A DNA stretch of 64,000 bases from contig CAVFYC010000003.1 in NCBI GenBank assembly GCA_963626585.1, forward strand, positions 2,432-66,431. Reading direction: 5' to 3'. The position numbers and the translations under genes are program-made. Below are positions 1 through 8,932 of this stretch, piece after piece (the first letter of the stretch is position 1; each line of letters starts with the position of its first letter). Source of the DNA: Christensenellaceae bacterium Phil1 (GTDB taxonomy: Bacteria > Bacteroidota > Bacteroidia > Bacteroidales > Bacteroidaceae). The notes under the pieces were generated by a model, which saw nothing but the letters and a program-made list of their open reading frames with translations, had not been told where the DNA came from and did not search any database.

Positions 1-1397
1 GCAATTCTTCTTCGCAGAGTTCCCAAAATGGACAAATAAGTGCGCCGTCTTCAAGTGGAAAGATTACGGCGAAAGATTTGTTCATTACAGTTTCGGCAAA
101 CAAGACAAAGGTTTACGAACAGGAGCCGATAGTTCTGACATATAAGATATATACGCGGGTTAATCTTACGCAGCTGGCCGGAAAAATGCCTGATCTGAAA
201 GGTTTTCTTATACAAGAGGTGCCGCTGCCCAAGAACAAGACGTTCAGTGTGGAGAATTATAAAGGCGAGAACTACCAAACAACAAAATGGTGTCAGTATG
301 TGATGTTCCCGCAGCAGACGGGGAAATTAGAAATTCCGTCTATAAAATTCGATGGAGTTGTTGCCGTGGCAAATCCAAACATTGATCCTTTCGATGCGTT
401 CTTCAACGGCAATTCAAACTTTGCTGAAGTAAACAAATCGATAATTGCCCCGTCGATAAGTATAAACGTAGAAAAACTTCCTACGCCCAAGCCCGCAGAT
501 TTCTCCGGTGGAGTTGGTGATTTTAACATCAGCGCGTCGATTTTGACTGCCAAGCCGCGAACAAACGAGAACCTTGCCGTGAGGTTGACGGTCAACGGAG
601 TGGGGAATATGAAGCTTATAACTGCGCCAAAGCTTAACTTAGGTTCTGATTTTGAAGTATTCCCGGCAAAGCTCACCGACAAGACAAATCTAACGGCTAA
701 CGGAATGAGCGGAACGGTTTATTACGATTACGTGGTGGTTCCTCATCAAAAGGGAAACTATACGCTTCCAGAGATAAAGCTCGGATATTTCGACACAGCC
801 ACTAATTCTTATAAGACAACAAGCACCTCACCGATTTCGTTTCGTGTGGAGCAGGGCGTAAACCAGCCGAGCGAGGACGAAGAGCTTTTGCGCCGCGATA
901 TAAACGACATTCATCGTGGCGGATACTCCACGCCATCTACGTTTTTCGCTCTCGGAAACGGCGGATACTATGTTTGCTATCTTGTGCTTGCTTTGCTTTT
1001 CGCTTTGACCTACGTTGTGCTGAAACGTTCCGAGAAATTCTTGACCAATACCGACTTGCGTATGCAGAAGTCGGCAAAGCGTACGGCCAACAAGCATTTG
1101 CGCAAGGCCGAAAAACTGATGCGCGAGGGAAATTCTACGGCTTTCTACGATGAACTTGCCAATGCGTTGCTTTCGTATGCCTCCCACCGTTTCCTGATAC
1201 CGATGTCGGAATTCAAGACTGACGAGATAGCCCAAAAACTTCAAGACCACGGAGTGAGCCCGACGCTTGCCAATGAATTTTCTGACCTTATGAAGCAATG
1301 CGAGTTCGCACGCTATGCGCCCGGCAACCCGCAGGAAAATATGGAGAACCTTTACGAGCGTTCCGCCAAGGTTGTTGCTAAAATAGAGAACCCTTAA
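1..1397 (+). CDS. batD: BatD family protein (aerotolerance operon); 5' end lies outside the window
   Basis: The frame is open to the left edge. The translation (..DLFITVSANKTKVYEQEPIVLTYKIY..) is typical of BatD-family proteins and has a C-terminal TM helix. A BatE-like gene starts 2 nt after the stop. Confidence 0.8.
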   Translation, partial: NSSSQSSQNGQISAPSSSGKITAKDLFITVSANKTKVYEQEPIVLTYKIYTRVNLTQLAGKMPDLKGFLIQEVPLPKNKTFSVENYKGENYQTTKWCQYVMFPQQTGKLEIPSIKFDGVVAVANPNIDPFDAFFNGNSNFAEVNKSIIAPSISINVEKLPTPKPADFSGGVGDFNISASILTAKPRTNENLAVRLTVNGVGNMKLITAPKLNLGSDFEVFPAKLTDKTNLTANGMSGTVYYDYVVVPHQKGNYTLPEIKLGYFDTATNSYKTTSTSPISFRVEQGVNQPSEDEELLRRDINDIHRGGYSTPSTFFALGNGGYYVCYLVLALLFALTYVVLKRSEKFLTNTDLRMQKSAKRTANKHLRKAEKLMREGNSTAFYDELANALLSYASHRFLIPMSEFKTDEIAQKLQDHGVSPTLANEFSDLMKQCEFARYAPGNPQENMENLYERSAKVVAKIENP

Positions 1398-1399
1398 AG

Positions 1400-2179
1400 A
1401 TGACACGCGAAATGAAATCATATATACGAAATATCATTGCAATTTTTGCAACGTTGCTTCTTTTCTGTAGCGTATGCGGTGCCGCCACTACCGAAAACCA
1501 TTATCAGAAGGGCTGCGACTTGTATTCCAAAAACGAGTTCCGTGCTGCGGCGCAAGAGTTTGAGCATGCTGCCAAAAACATAAGGAGTGCCGATATTTAT
1601 TACAACCTTGGCAATTGCCACTATCGCCTCAACGATTATCCTCGGGCGCGTTTGGCATACGAGAGAGCTGTGAAAATCGACCCTTCAAACCAAGATGCGA
1701 AATACAATCTCAAGATTACGGTAGCTAAAATCAAAACTACTGGTGCGCAGTCGCAATCGTTTATATCCTCGTGGGCTAACGATTTTGTTCATTCCCGCAG
1801 CATAAGCCAATGGGCGGTATATGCGGTGGTTTTGTTCGCTCTTATGCTTGCGTGTGTGCTGCTTTATCGTTTTGCCAATGCTTTATGGTTGCGCAAAGGC
1901 GCGTTCTTTTCGGCAGGGATATGCTTGTTTCTTATGATAGTGGCGCTTGTTTGTGCCGGTGTGCAGACGAGCAACGACAATATGCCGTCAGAGGCTATAG
2001 TTATACAGCAAAGCGACGTAATGCAGTCGCCTTCCGACAATTCCAAAGCCTTGCAGCATATATTGCCGGGGGCTAAAATCAAACTTGTTCGCGGAACTTC
2101 TCTCAAAGGTTGGCAACAGATTTCGCTCGGTGAGGGACAAAAGGGCTGGATAGCCACAAAGGATATCGGAGTAATATAA
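1400..2179 (+). CDS. batE: TPR protein with a C-terminal SH3b-like domain (BatE-like)
   Basis: Signal/TM segment, TPR motif (YYNLGNCHYRLNDYPRARLAYERAVKIDP), a mid TM region and a C-terminal ..GWQQISLGEGQKGWIATKDI SH3b-like end. It is tightly coupled to batD. Confidence 0.75.
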   Translation: MTREMKSYIRNIIAIFATLLLFCSVCGAATTENHYQKGCDLYSKNEFRAAAQEFEHAAKNIRSADIYYNLGNCHYRLNDYPRARLAYERAVKIDPSNQDAKYNLKITVAKIKTTGAQSQSFISSWANDFVHSRSISQWAVYAVVLFALMLACVLLYRFANALWLRKGAFFSAGICLFLMIVALVCAGVQTSNDNMPSEAIVIQQSDVMQSPSDNSKALQHILPGAKIKLVRGTSLKGWQQISLGEGQKGWIATKDIGVI

Positions 2180-2203
2180 CAGTTGCGTCAAAAACCTTTG
2201 CAA

Positions 2204-2893
2204 ATGCTGGAATACCTGCTCAATCTTGACCAAAACATCACTCTCGCGCTAAATGGGAGCAATTCGCTCTATGCCGATGCGATTATGATGCTCATAACTT
2301 CAACTGTTACATGGATTCCGGTGGGTGTCGTGATGCTCTATATCATTGTAAAAAACAACGAACTGCCTCATTTGCTTTCGATATTCGTATTGTTGGTGTT
2401 TTGCGTGCTTGTTTCCAACGGCTTGTCCGAGATAAGCAAGGCAGTGTTTGAAAGGTGGCGCCCTTCGGTCGATCCCCACATCATGTATATGGTTAAGGTG
2501 GTGAACGGATACCGGGAAAGCAAATACGGGTTCTTTTCTGCCCATGCTGCAAACACTATGTCGATAGCCATGTTTCTTTCCTGGTTGTTCAAGAAGCCGC
2601 GTGCCACATTTCTGTTCCTGCTTTGGTCGTTTCTCAATGGTTGGTCGCGTGTTTACCTCGGAGTTCATTATATGGGCGATGTGTTGGTGGGCTGGGTGAT
2701 AGGAGCAATTGTAGGCAGTCTGCTTTATTTAGCCTATCATAGGATATCCTGGCGTTTTGCCGAACCATCGCGTGTGATTTCGTCCGAATATACGCGTAGC
2801 GGATATCTCGCGGCCGACATTGATTTCCTGTCTCTCGCGCTTCTTCTTACGTTTGCCGCAATCGCCGTAATAGCCTGTGTTTATCCTGTTTAG
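2204..2893 (+). CDS. PAP2-superfamily membrane phosphatase
   Basis: Acid-phosphatase motifs are present: KAVFERWRP, SAHA, SRVYLGVHYMGD. There are multiple TM helices. The ORF track begins at TTG 2183; I prefer ATG 2204, but the start is uncertain. Confidence 0.8.
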   Translation: MLEYLLNLDQNITLALNGSNSLYADAIMMLITSTVTWIPVGVVMLYIIVKNNELPHLLSIFVLLVFCVLVSNGLSEISKAVFERWRPSVDPHIMYMVKVVNGYRESKYGFFSAHAANTMSIAMFLSWLFKKPRATFLFLLWSFLNGWSRVYLGVHYMGDVLVGWVIGAIVGSLLYLAYHRISWRFAEPSRVISSEYTRSGYLAADIDFLSLALLLTFAAIAVIACVYPV

Positions 2894-2900
2894 AATATAG

Positions 2901-2992
2901 CAAAAACAACAAGGCTTCTCGTAAAAACTCCGCCGCATCTAATTTAAATTAGATGCGTCGGAATTTAAATTATGTCTGACATCGTTTTTTAC
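2901..2992 (-). repeat. Mosaic palindromic intergenic repeat, copy A (inverted relative to copy B)
   Basis: Plus-strand parse: ACAAGGCTTCT|CGTAAAAACT|CCGCCGCATCT|AATTTAAATT|AGATGCGTCGG|AATTTAAATT|ATGTCTGACAT|CGTTTTTTAC. Words start at 2909, 2930, 2951 and 2972. The copy begins 8 nt after the PAP2 stop. Confidence 0.9.
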
Positions 2993-3295
2993 CCCAAGCG
3001 ATGCCGTTTTTCCTCCTTGTGCACCCCGTCTTTTTTTACCCCACATTCTTTTCCCGAAACACTTTTGTAACATAGATTTAATTGAAAACAAACATCAGCA
3101 TTGCAATTTTGCATCGAATTGTAAAGCGACTCGTGTCAAAAACCGGGTAATTCAACAATTTATCACAGAATTTGTGAAATTGGAAATCAAAAATCAACAC
3201 AGTAAGAATATATTTTGTAATATTGTAACGAAAAGCAAGTATTTGTTATAACGTTGTTAAAATAGAATACTGGGAATTTAACACTCAAAACATAA

Positions 3296-3787
3296 ATGCA
3301 TATGAGAAAAACTTTAGTCACAGTAGTATTCGCAGGGCTTTGCCTAACGGGAGCGTCGGCTCAAGACGTTTTCGTTTACAATGCCGGGAGTGAAAGACCG
3401 CTCCTAACTGTGAACAACTTGCAACGCATCGAGTTTGGTGAAGAGAGCATTTCTTTCTTCCAAACAAATGCTGTCGAAGGCACCCCTGTGGACCTCAACA
3501 GTATTGACTACATGCTCTTCTACGACAGAGAAATTCTGAATTCCGTACGTCCTACGGCAAAATCAGAAGGCGTGAACATCTCTTATGACGGTAGGAACGT
3601 TTCCGTGGAAAGCGTCGAAAACATTTCAAGTATCGACGTGTATTCTTCAGATGGCGTGAAAGTTGCAACTGTATCGCCTAAGGCTAAGAGCGCAAAAGTA
3701 TCTCTTGCTTCCAAACCCGCAGGTGTTTACATCGTGAAGGCAACTGCTGGCAAATCTACGGCAAAAAGTGAAATCGTTAAAAAATGA
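3296..3787 (+). CDS. Small secreted protein with a T9SS (Por) C-terminal sorting domain
   Basis: N-terminal signal peptide (..LTGASAQ). The C-terminus ..SSIDVYSSDGVKVATV..PAGVYIVKATAGKSTAKSEIVKK fits the T9SS CTD pattern. Its stop overlaps the next ATG (ATGA). Confidence 0.7.
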   Translation: MHMRKTLVTVVFAGLCLTGASAQDVFVYNAGSERPLLTVNNLQRIEFGEESISFFQTNAVEGTPVDLNSIDYMLFYDREILNSVRPTAKSEGVNISYDGRNVSVESVENISSIDVYSSDGVKVATVSPKAKSAKVSLASKPAGVYIVKATAGKSTAKSEIVKK

Positions 3788-6700
3788 ACAAGGCCATGAC
3801 ACTCAATCTTATTAAGAAAACACTTCTTGGAGCTGCGTGCATAGCTGTTTTCGGTTTCAACACCAATGCACAGACAATCACCAAGCACATTTACGCTTAC
3901 AAAGACGGCGTGGTAACATTCCGCGCCAACGCAAGCGATGTAGACAGTATAGCACTCGAGGAAAACAAGACCGTGGTTGCGCTCTACAAGCACGGTTCGA
4001 GCACTCCCGTCTACAAGACTAATTATTCCGACATCGACAGTATATCCTTTACAGCTCCCGTGCCGGTGGCTGACATATTGGACGTTATGTTCGACGAAAC
4101 GGGTAACTGTTGGGACAATTCCCCATTGAATCTTCTCGTAACCCCGCTAACAACAAACGGAACGGCAGAAGTTAACTACAACAAGACCTACGAAATGTGG
4201 GAAAGCCATTTCTATGGAGATTCTTGGGGCAGTTCTCCCAAAAACACTTGCTTCAAGGCAGACTATTCCCAGAATGATTACGTTAAGGAGGCACTTTCCG
4301 ACGGCCATTCCATGGAATGTCTCTTCAAGGTGGATTATGACGGCAATATCGTAGACAAAGAAGGAAAATTCTTCGCAGCCCATGAAGGCGGCGGTACAGG
4401 TTTCCTTATCTGCACCAAAGCAAAGAGCCCAAACAATCAGAACGAACTTACATTCCTTCCCAACGTTTCAACAAACGGAAAGAGCAACTGGATTTGGGCA
4501 ACCAGTGGAATTGTTCCGCAGCCCGGAAAATACTATCATTTGGTAGGCGTATATAATAAGGAAGAAGAAAAAGCTTACGTTTATGTTGACGGACAGTTGA
4601 TGAATGTGGTTGATGCAAAAGGCGATTTCCGTCTTCCGTCAAACGAGAAGGCACAATGGTTCGGCATCGGCTGTGATGCAAATACCGGCACCGGCGGCCA
4701 GGCAGTCGACAGCCATGTCGCAATTGCCCGCGTATACGACAAAGCTCTTACTGCAAGCGAAGTAGACGGCCTTTGGAATGAAGTGGCACAAAAATCACAG
4801 CTTCCCGTAGCCGACTTGCTTGATGTGCAATTCACCAAAGACGGCGGCGCAATCGACGTATCGCCGATGAAAAACGAAGTACAGGTTATTTCTCCTACGA
4901 ACAAGATTGAAACCTACTACAATCCTTATTACGGCACGTACGCAGCAAAGATCAACAACACTTGGAGCGGTGCCGTTGCCGACACAAAGACTTACTGCAA
5001 GGTAGATTTTGAGAACAATCAGAAATTCCGCGATGCTCTCGCCGACGGACACACTGTTGAAACCGTATGGAAGGCTACTTACATGGGAGAACTTCCTGAC
5101 AAAGAAGCTAAATGGTTCTCTGCAATGCAGGCAGGCGGTACCGGTTTCCTCATCTGCAAGAAAGCATCAGGCAAAGACGGTGGCAACGAACTTACATTCC
5201 TTCCCAACGTTACCCAGAATGGAAAGAGCAATTGGATTTGGGCAACCAGCGGCGTTGTTCCTGAGGCTGAGAAGTATTACCACATGGTTGGCGTTTGGAA
5301 CAAGGAAGAAGGCAAGGCTTATATCTATGTTAACGGTGAGTTGATGAATACCGTTGATGCGGTGGGCGAACTTAAATTTGCGTCAAGCGGTAGCAATTGG
5401 TGGGGTATCGGTTGTGATGCCAATCCTAAAGGCGGCGAACAAGGCGGTAATTGGGAAATTGTAAACGCTCGTGTATACGACAGCCCGCTTACCGAACACG
5501 AGGTTGCCAATCTTTGGAACAATATTGCCACTGCCACAAAACTTGCAGACGACTCCGTAGCAAAGAATCAGGTTAATCCCGAAGATACAGTTACTGTTCC
5601 AGCTCCTAAGGCTGATTTGATGGATATTGAATTCGGTCCTAACGCAGAAGTAAAAGACGTTGCAGTTCCTGACCACAATCCTACGTGGATGGTAAAAGGC
5701 CAAGCTTGGACTGGCGGAGATGTTGATGATATTTCCAACGCTCCTCTTACTTACTACAACAGCGAATACAACCGTTACGTTGCTCGTTTCGACAATAACT
5801 ATGGTTATAAGCCCAGTCTTTACATTCTTGGTTATGATTATGAGAACGACCAGGCTTTCCAAGATTCCATTGCAGACGGACATACTCTTGAAATTCTCGT
5901 AATGCAGGATAACAGCGATGCAGTTCTCGGCAGAGAGATTAAACCATTCAGCTCGCACGAGGGCGGTGGTACCGGTCTGATGATTGAAACTGCCGGCGAC
6001 TGGACATTCCTTCCCAATACAGGTTCATACGTTTGGTCTACGAGTGGAGTATATCCCAAGCAGAAACAATACTATCACGTGGTTGGCGTATATAATAAGG
6101 AGGAGCAAACCGCTTCGGTGTATGTTGACGGCGTGCTTAAGAACACTGTTCCTGCTACGGGCAACTTCAAGTTTGCTTCAAGCGGTTGCTTGAGAATGAT
6201 TGTCGGTGGCGACCCCGATGGTAGCGATTACAAAGCCAACAATGGCTGGAAGGGCGACATTGTGTTTGCCAAGGCTTACAGCGCACCGCTTACAACTCCG
6301 CAGGTTAAGGCTCTTTACAAAGAAATTGAGGCTTCCAAAGCATCTGCTTCCACTTTCGTAACCGATTACAGCTACAACAATGGCATTGCAGTAAAGAGCG
6401 GCGCTCCGTTTGCTATCACCGGCAAGGGCTTCCAGAGTGGCGACCAAATTATATTCTCCGACGGAACAAACGAAGTGTCTGCTCCCGTAACTGTTACTTC
6501 TACCGGCGCTGAGGTTAACCTTTTCGACGGAATCGTTAACGACAAACGTTATATCATCTACGTTCAGCGTGGCGACAAGAAGCAAACGCTCGGCATGTGC
6601 AAGTTCTTCGTTACCGACGAGTTGCCTCAAGGAACAAAGGTAATTGCTCACCGCGGACATTGGAATGTTACTGGCGCTGCACAAAACTCCAGAGCTTCTC

Positions 6701-7359
6701 TCAAGAACGCTATTGATGTTCACTGCTATGGTTCTGAAACCGATGTATGGCTCACTACCGACGGCAAACTGATGGTTAATCACGATGCTTCATACAACGG
6801 CGTAACTATCAAGGACGCTACATCGGAACAGTGCAAGGCCCTCACACTTTCAAACGGCGAAAGCATGCCCGAAATCACTGATTTCCTTAGCATGATTGCT
6901 GCTGAAAACTGGACAACCGACACAACTAAGCTCATCATCGAGATTAAGGACCACGGAACAGACGAACTCAACACTTTGGCTGCACAAACGCTTGTAAATG
7001 CAGTTTACGAAGCTGATGTTGCCGACAGAGTGGAATACATATCGTTCAGTCTAACGGCTTGCAAGGCTCTCCACGAGGCTGACAGCGATGCCAAAGTTGC
7101 TTATCTCAGTGGCGACAAGACTCCGCAGGAACTCAGCGACCTCGGTCTCACTGGACTCGACTACACGCTTGCTAAGTATACAGGCAATCCTACTTGGATT
7201 AGCGAGGCTCGCGAGCTTGGCTTGACAACAAACGTGTGGACAATCGACAGCACCGACGAGATTATCAAGAGCAACAACCTTGGCATTGACTTCATCACTA
7301 CCAACAATCCTGTTGAAGCTACAAAATACTTGAACTACTATATGAATCTTAACAAATAA
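3784..7359 (+). CDS. Secreted multidomain protein: three LamG/ConA-like lectin modules, a TIG-like domain and a C-terminal glycerophosphodiester phosphodiesterase (GDPD)
   Basis: Signal peptide. Three ~245-aa paralogous modules start at about nt 4063, 4801 and 5602, with shared blocks HEGGGTGFLIC, ELTFLPN, KSNWIWATSG, KYYH.VGV.NKEE, GIGCDAN. The GDPD motifs VIAHRGHW..ENS.., GSETDVW.T.DG..MVNHD start at about nt 6634. Confidence 0.85.
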   Translation: MNKAMTLNLIKKTLLGAACIAVFGFNTNAQTITKHIYAYKDGVVTFRANASDVDSIALEENKTVVALYKHGSSTPVYKTNYSDIDSISFTAPVPVADILDVMFDETGNCWDNSPLNLLVTPLTTNGTAEVNYNKTYEMWESHFYGDSWGSSPKNTCFKADYSQNDYVKEALSDGHSMECLFKVDYDGNIVDKEGKFFAAHEGGGTGFLICTKAKSPNNQNELTFLPNVSTNGKSNWIWATSGIVPQPGKYYHLVGVYNKEEEKAYVYVDGQLMNVVDAKGDFRLPSNEKAQWFGIGCDANTGTGGQAVDSHVAIARVYDKALTASEVDGLWNEVAQKSQLPVADLLDVQFTKDGGAIDVSPMKNEVQVISPTNKIETYYNPYYGTYAAKINNTWSGAVADTKTYCKVDFENNQKFRDALADGHTVETVWKATYMGELPDKEAKWFSAMQAGGTGFLICKKASGKDGGNELTFLPNVTQNGKSNWIWATSGVVPEAEKYYHMVGVWNKEEGKAYIYVNGELMNTVDAVGELKFASSGSNWWGIGCDANPKGGEQGGNWEIVNARVYDSPLTEHEVANLWNNIATATKLADDSVAKNQVNPEDTVTVPAPKADLMDIEFGPNAEVKDVAVPDHNPTWMVKGQAWTGGDVDDISNAPLTYYNSEYNRYVARFDNNYGYKPSLYILGYDYENDQAFQDSIADGHTLEILVMQDNSDAVLGREIKPFSSHEGGGTGLMIETAGDWTFLPNTGSYVWSTSGVYPKQKQYYHVVGVYNKEEQTASVYVDGVLKNTVPATGNFKFASSGCLRMIVGGDPDGSDYKANNGWKGDIVFAKAYSAPLTTPQVKALYKEIEASKASASTFVTDYSYNNGIAVKSGAPFAITGKGFQSGDQIIFSDGTNEVSAPVTVTSTGAEVNLFDGIVNDKRYIIYVQRGDKKQTLGMCKFFVTDELPQGTKVIAHRGHWNVTGAAQNSRASLKNAIDVHCYGSETDVWLTTDGKLMVNHDASYNGVTIKDATSEQCKALTLSNGESMPEITDFLSMIAAENWTTDTTKLIIEIKDHGTDELNTLAAQTLVNAVYEADVADRVEYISFSLTACKALHEADSDAKVAYLSGDKTPQELSDLGLTGLDYTLAKYTGNPTWISEARELGLTTNVWTIDSTDEIIKSNNLGIDFITTNNPVEATKYLNYYMNLNK

Positions 7360-7390
7360 GTCAAGGCTTAGATTCAAGTAAATATCAACT

Positions 7391-7433
7391 AATCGGGAGG
7401 GAACTTTTTAAGGTTTTCTCCCGATTTTATTTA
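7391..7433 (+). terminator. Putative intrinsic terminator after the LamG-GDPD gene
   Basis: AATCGGGAG (7391-7399) pairs with CTCCCGATT (7418-7426), followed by TTTATTTAT. Confidence 0.6.
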
Positions 7434-7469
7434 TGCTTGATTGTTAGGGATTTATATTTTGCCAAATTT

Positions 7470-7562
7470 TGCTTTTCCGATGTCAGACATAATTTAAATT
7501 CCGACGCATCTAATTTAAATTAGATGCGTCGGAGTTTTTACGAGATGCCTTGTAGTTTTTTT
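7470..7562 (+). repeat. Mosaic palindromic intergenic repeat, copy B (reference orientation)
   Basis: ATGTCAGACAT|AATTTAAATT|CCGACGCATCT|AATTTAAATT|AGATGCGTCGG|AGTTTTTACG|AGATGCCTTGT+AGTTTTTTT. Words start at 7480, 7501, 7522 and 7543. Positions 7501-7532 are a perfect 32-nt palindrome. Confidence 0.92.
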
Positions 7563-7710
7563 GCCCATTCGCTCCTTATTGCGAAAGCCGCAGGACAATC
7601 TGTCTCGCGCCTTTATATTTCGTACGCATAACCCTAACTTTTTCTCCCGAAACAAGCCCGCGACGTGCAAATAGGCAACACCTTTGTGCGTGAAAGCCAA
7701 GAAAAAAACG

Positions 7711-7718
7711 TATATTTG
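7711..7718 (+). promoter_or_regulatory. Bacteroidetes-type -7 box TATATTTG upstream of sucC
   Basis: Matches the TAnnTTTG consensus, 33 nt before the sucC ATG. A TTTG lies upstream at 7683-7686. Confidence 0.6.
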
Positions 7719-7750
7719 CCATAAAATAAAGGACAAATCATAAAAATGAA

Positions 7751-8899
7751 ATGAAAGTACACGAATATCAAGCAAAAATGCTATTCAAGAATTATGGTCT
7801 GCCGGTAGTTGACCAGAATATTCTTTGCCGCACGGTTGACGAAGCCGTAGAGGCATACAGAACCATTGGCGAAGAATACGTTGTGGTCAAGGCTCAGGTT
7901 CATACCGGCGGCCGCGGAAAAGCCGGCGGCGTGAAACTCGCAAAAAGCGAGGACGAAGTGCGCCAATATGCCGGAGCAATTCTTGGAATGGACATAAAAG
8001 GCTTCAAGGTAGACAGAGTGCTCATAACCCAAGCCGTTGACATTGCAGCAGAATACTATGTGAGCATAATTGTAGACCGCAAAACAAAATGCCCAATATA
8101 TATGGTGAGCCGCGCCGGAGGTATGGATATCGAACAGGTGGCTCGCGAAACTCCCGAGAAAATCGAGAAAATAGCTATCGACCCGCTTTTGGGCGCCACA
8201 GACTTCAAGACGCGCGAAGTTGCCTATGCCTTGTTTGACGACAAAGCAGTGGTGAAACAAGCAGTGCCATTGTTGAAAAACCTCTACAAGATGTTTGTTG
8301 AAACCGATGCGTCGCTCGCCGAAATCAATCCGCTCGTCCTTACAAAACAAGGAGAACTCAAAGCGATTGATGCAAAGATGACGTTCGACAACAACGCACT
8401 CTTTCGCCACCCCGAACTGATGCAGTTTAACGAGCCCACCGAAGAGGAGAAAATAGAACAGACTGCAAAATCCAAAGGTTTCAGCTATGTAAACCTTGGA
8501 GGCGAGATAGGCTGCATGGTAAACGGCGCCGGACTCGCAATGGCAACAATGGACATGATTAAACTCTATGGCGGCAGCCCTGCAAACTTCCTTGACATCG
8601 GCGGAAGCTCCAATCCCGAAAAGATAGTGGAGGCAATGAAACTCTTGCTCGCCGACAAACACGTAAAGGTGGTATTGATAAACATCTTCGGCGGAATCAC
8701 CCGTTGCGACGACGTGGCAAAGGGACTCCTCGAAGCATTTGAAATACTCAAGACCGAAATGCCAATCGTAATCCGACTCACCGGAACAAACGAAAAAGAA
8801 GGACAGGAAATCCTCAAAGGCACAAAATTCACCGTGGCAACCACTATGGGCGACGCCGGAAGAAAAGCCGTGGAACTCGCAGCCCAAGTGGCAAAATAA
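7751..8899 (+). CDS. sucC: Succinyl-CoA synthetase (ADP-forming) beta subunit
   Basis: MKVHEYQAKMLFKNYGLPV.. ATP-grasp N-terminus; full-length 382 aa; followed by sucD. Confidence 0.95.
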   Translation: MKVHEYQAKMLFKNYGLPVVDQNILCRTVDEAVEAYRTIGEEYVVVKAQVHTGGRGKAGGVKLAKSEDEVRQYAGAILGMDIKGFKVDRVLITQAVDIAAEYYVSIIVDRKTKCPIYMVSRAGGMDIEQVARETPEKIEKIAIDPLLGATDFKTREVAYALFDDKAVVKQAVPLLKNLYKMFVETDASLAEINPLVLTKQGELKAIDAKMTFDNNALFRHPELMQFNEPTEEEKIEQTAKSKGFSYVNLGGEIGCMVNGAGLAMATMDMIKLYGGSPANFLDIGGSSNPEKIVEAMKLLLADKHVKVVLINIFGGITRCDDVAKGLLEAFEILKTEMPIVIRLTGTNEKEGQEILKGTKFTVATTMGDAGRKAVELAAQVAK

Positions 8900-8932
8900 C
8901 CCACCCCAATCACCAATCAAATATACAAGAAA

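Noticed and set aside
7515-7775. Small ORFs that read through repeat copies (2729-2938 minus, 7515-7775 minus, 16256-16468 minus, 26511-26816 minus, 51465-51749 plus). They share peptide fragments such as SFYE.PCCFC and ASNLN.
   Set aside because: The shared peptides arise only because the same repeat is being translated. The ORFs begin or end inside the repeat, have no family resemblance and lie in promoter or terminator regions.
7781-8920. Long antisense ORFs opposite well-supported genes: 7781-8920 versus sucC, 53454-54548 versus purB, 55880-57160 versus asnS, 28724-29452 versus ileS, 15393-16145 versus the ABC exporter.
   Set aside because: The sense strand encodes full-length proteins with clear conserved motifs. 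The antisense translations are Cys/His/Phe/Arg-rich with no recognisable domains, which is typical of shadow ORFs.
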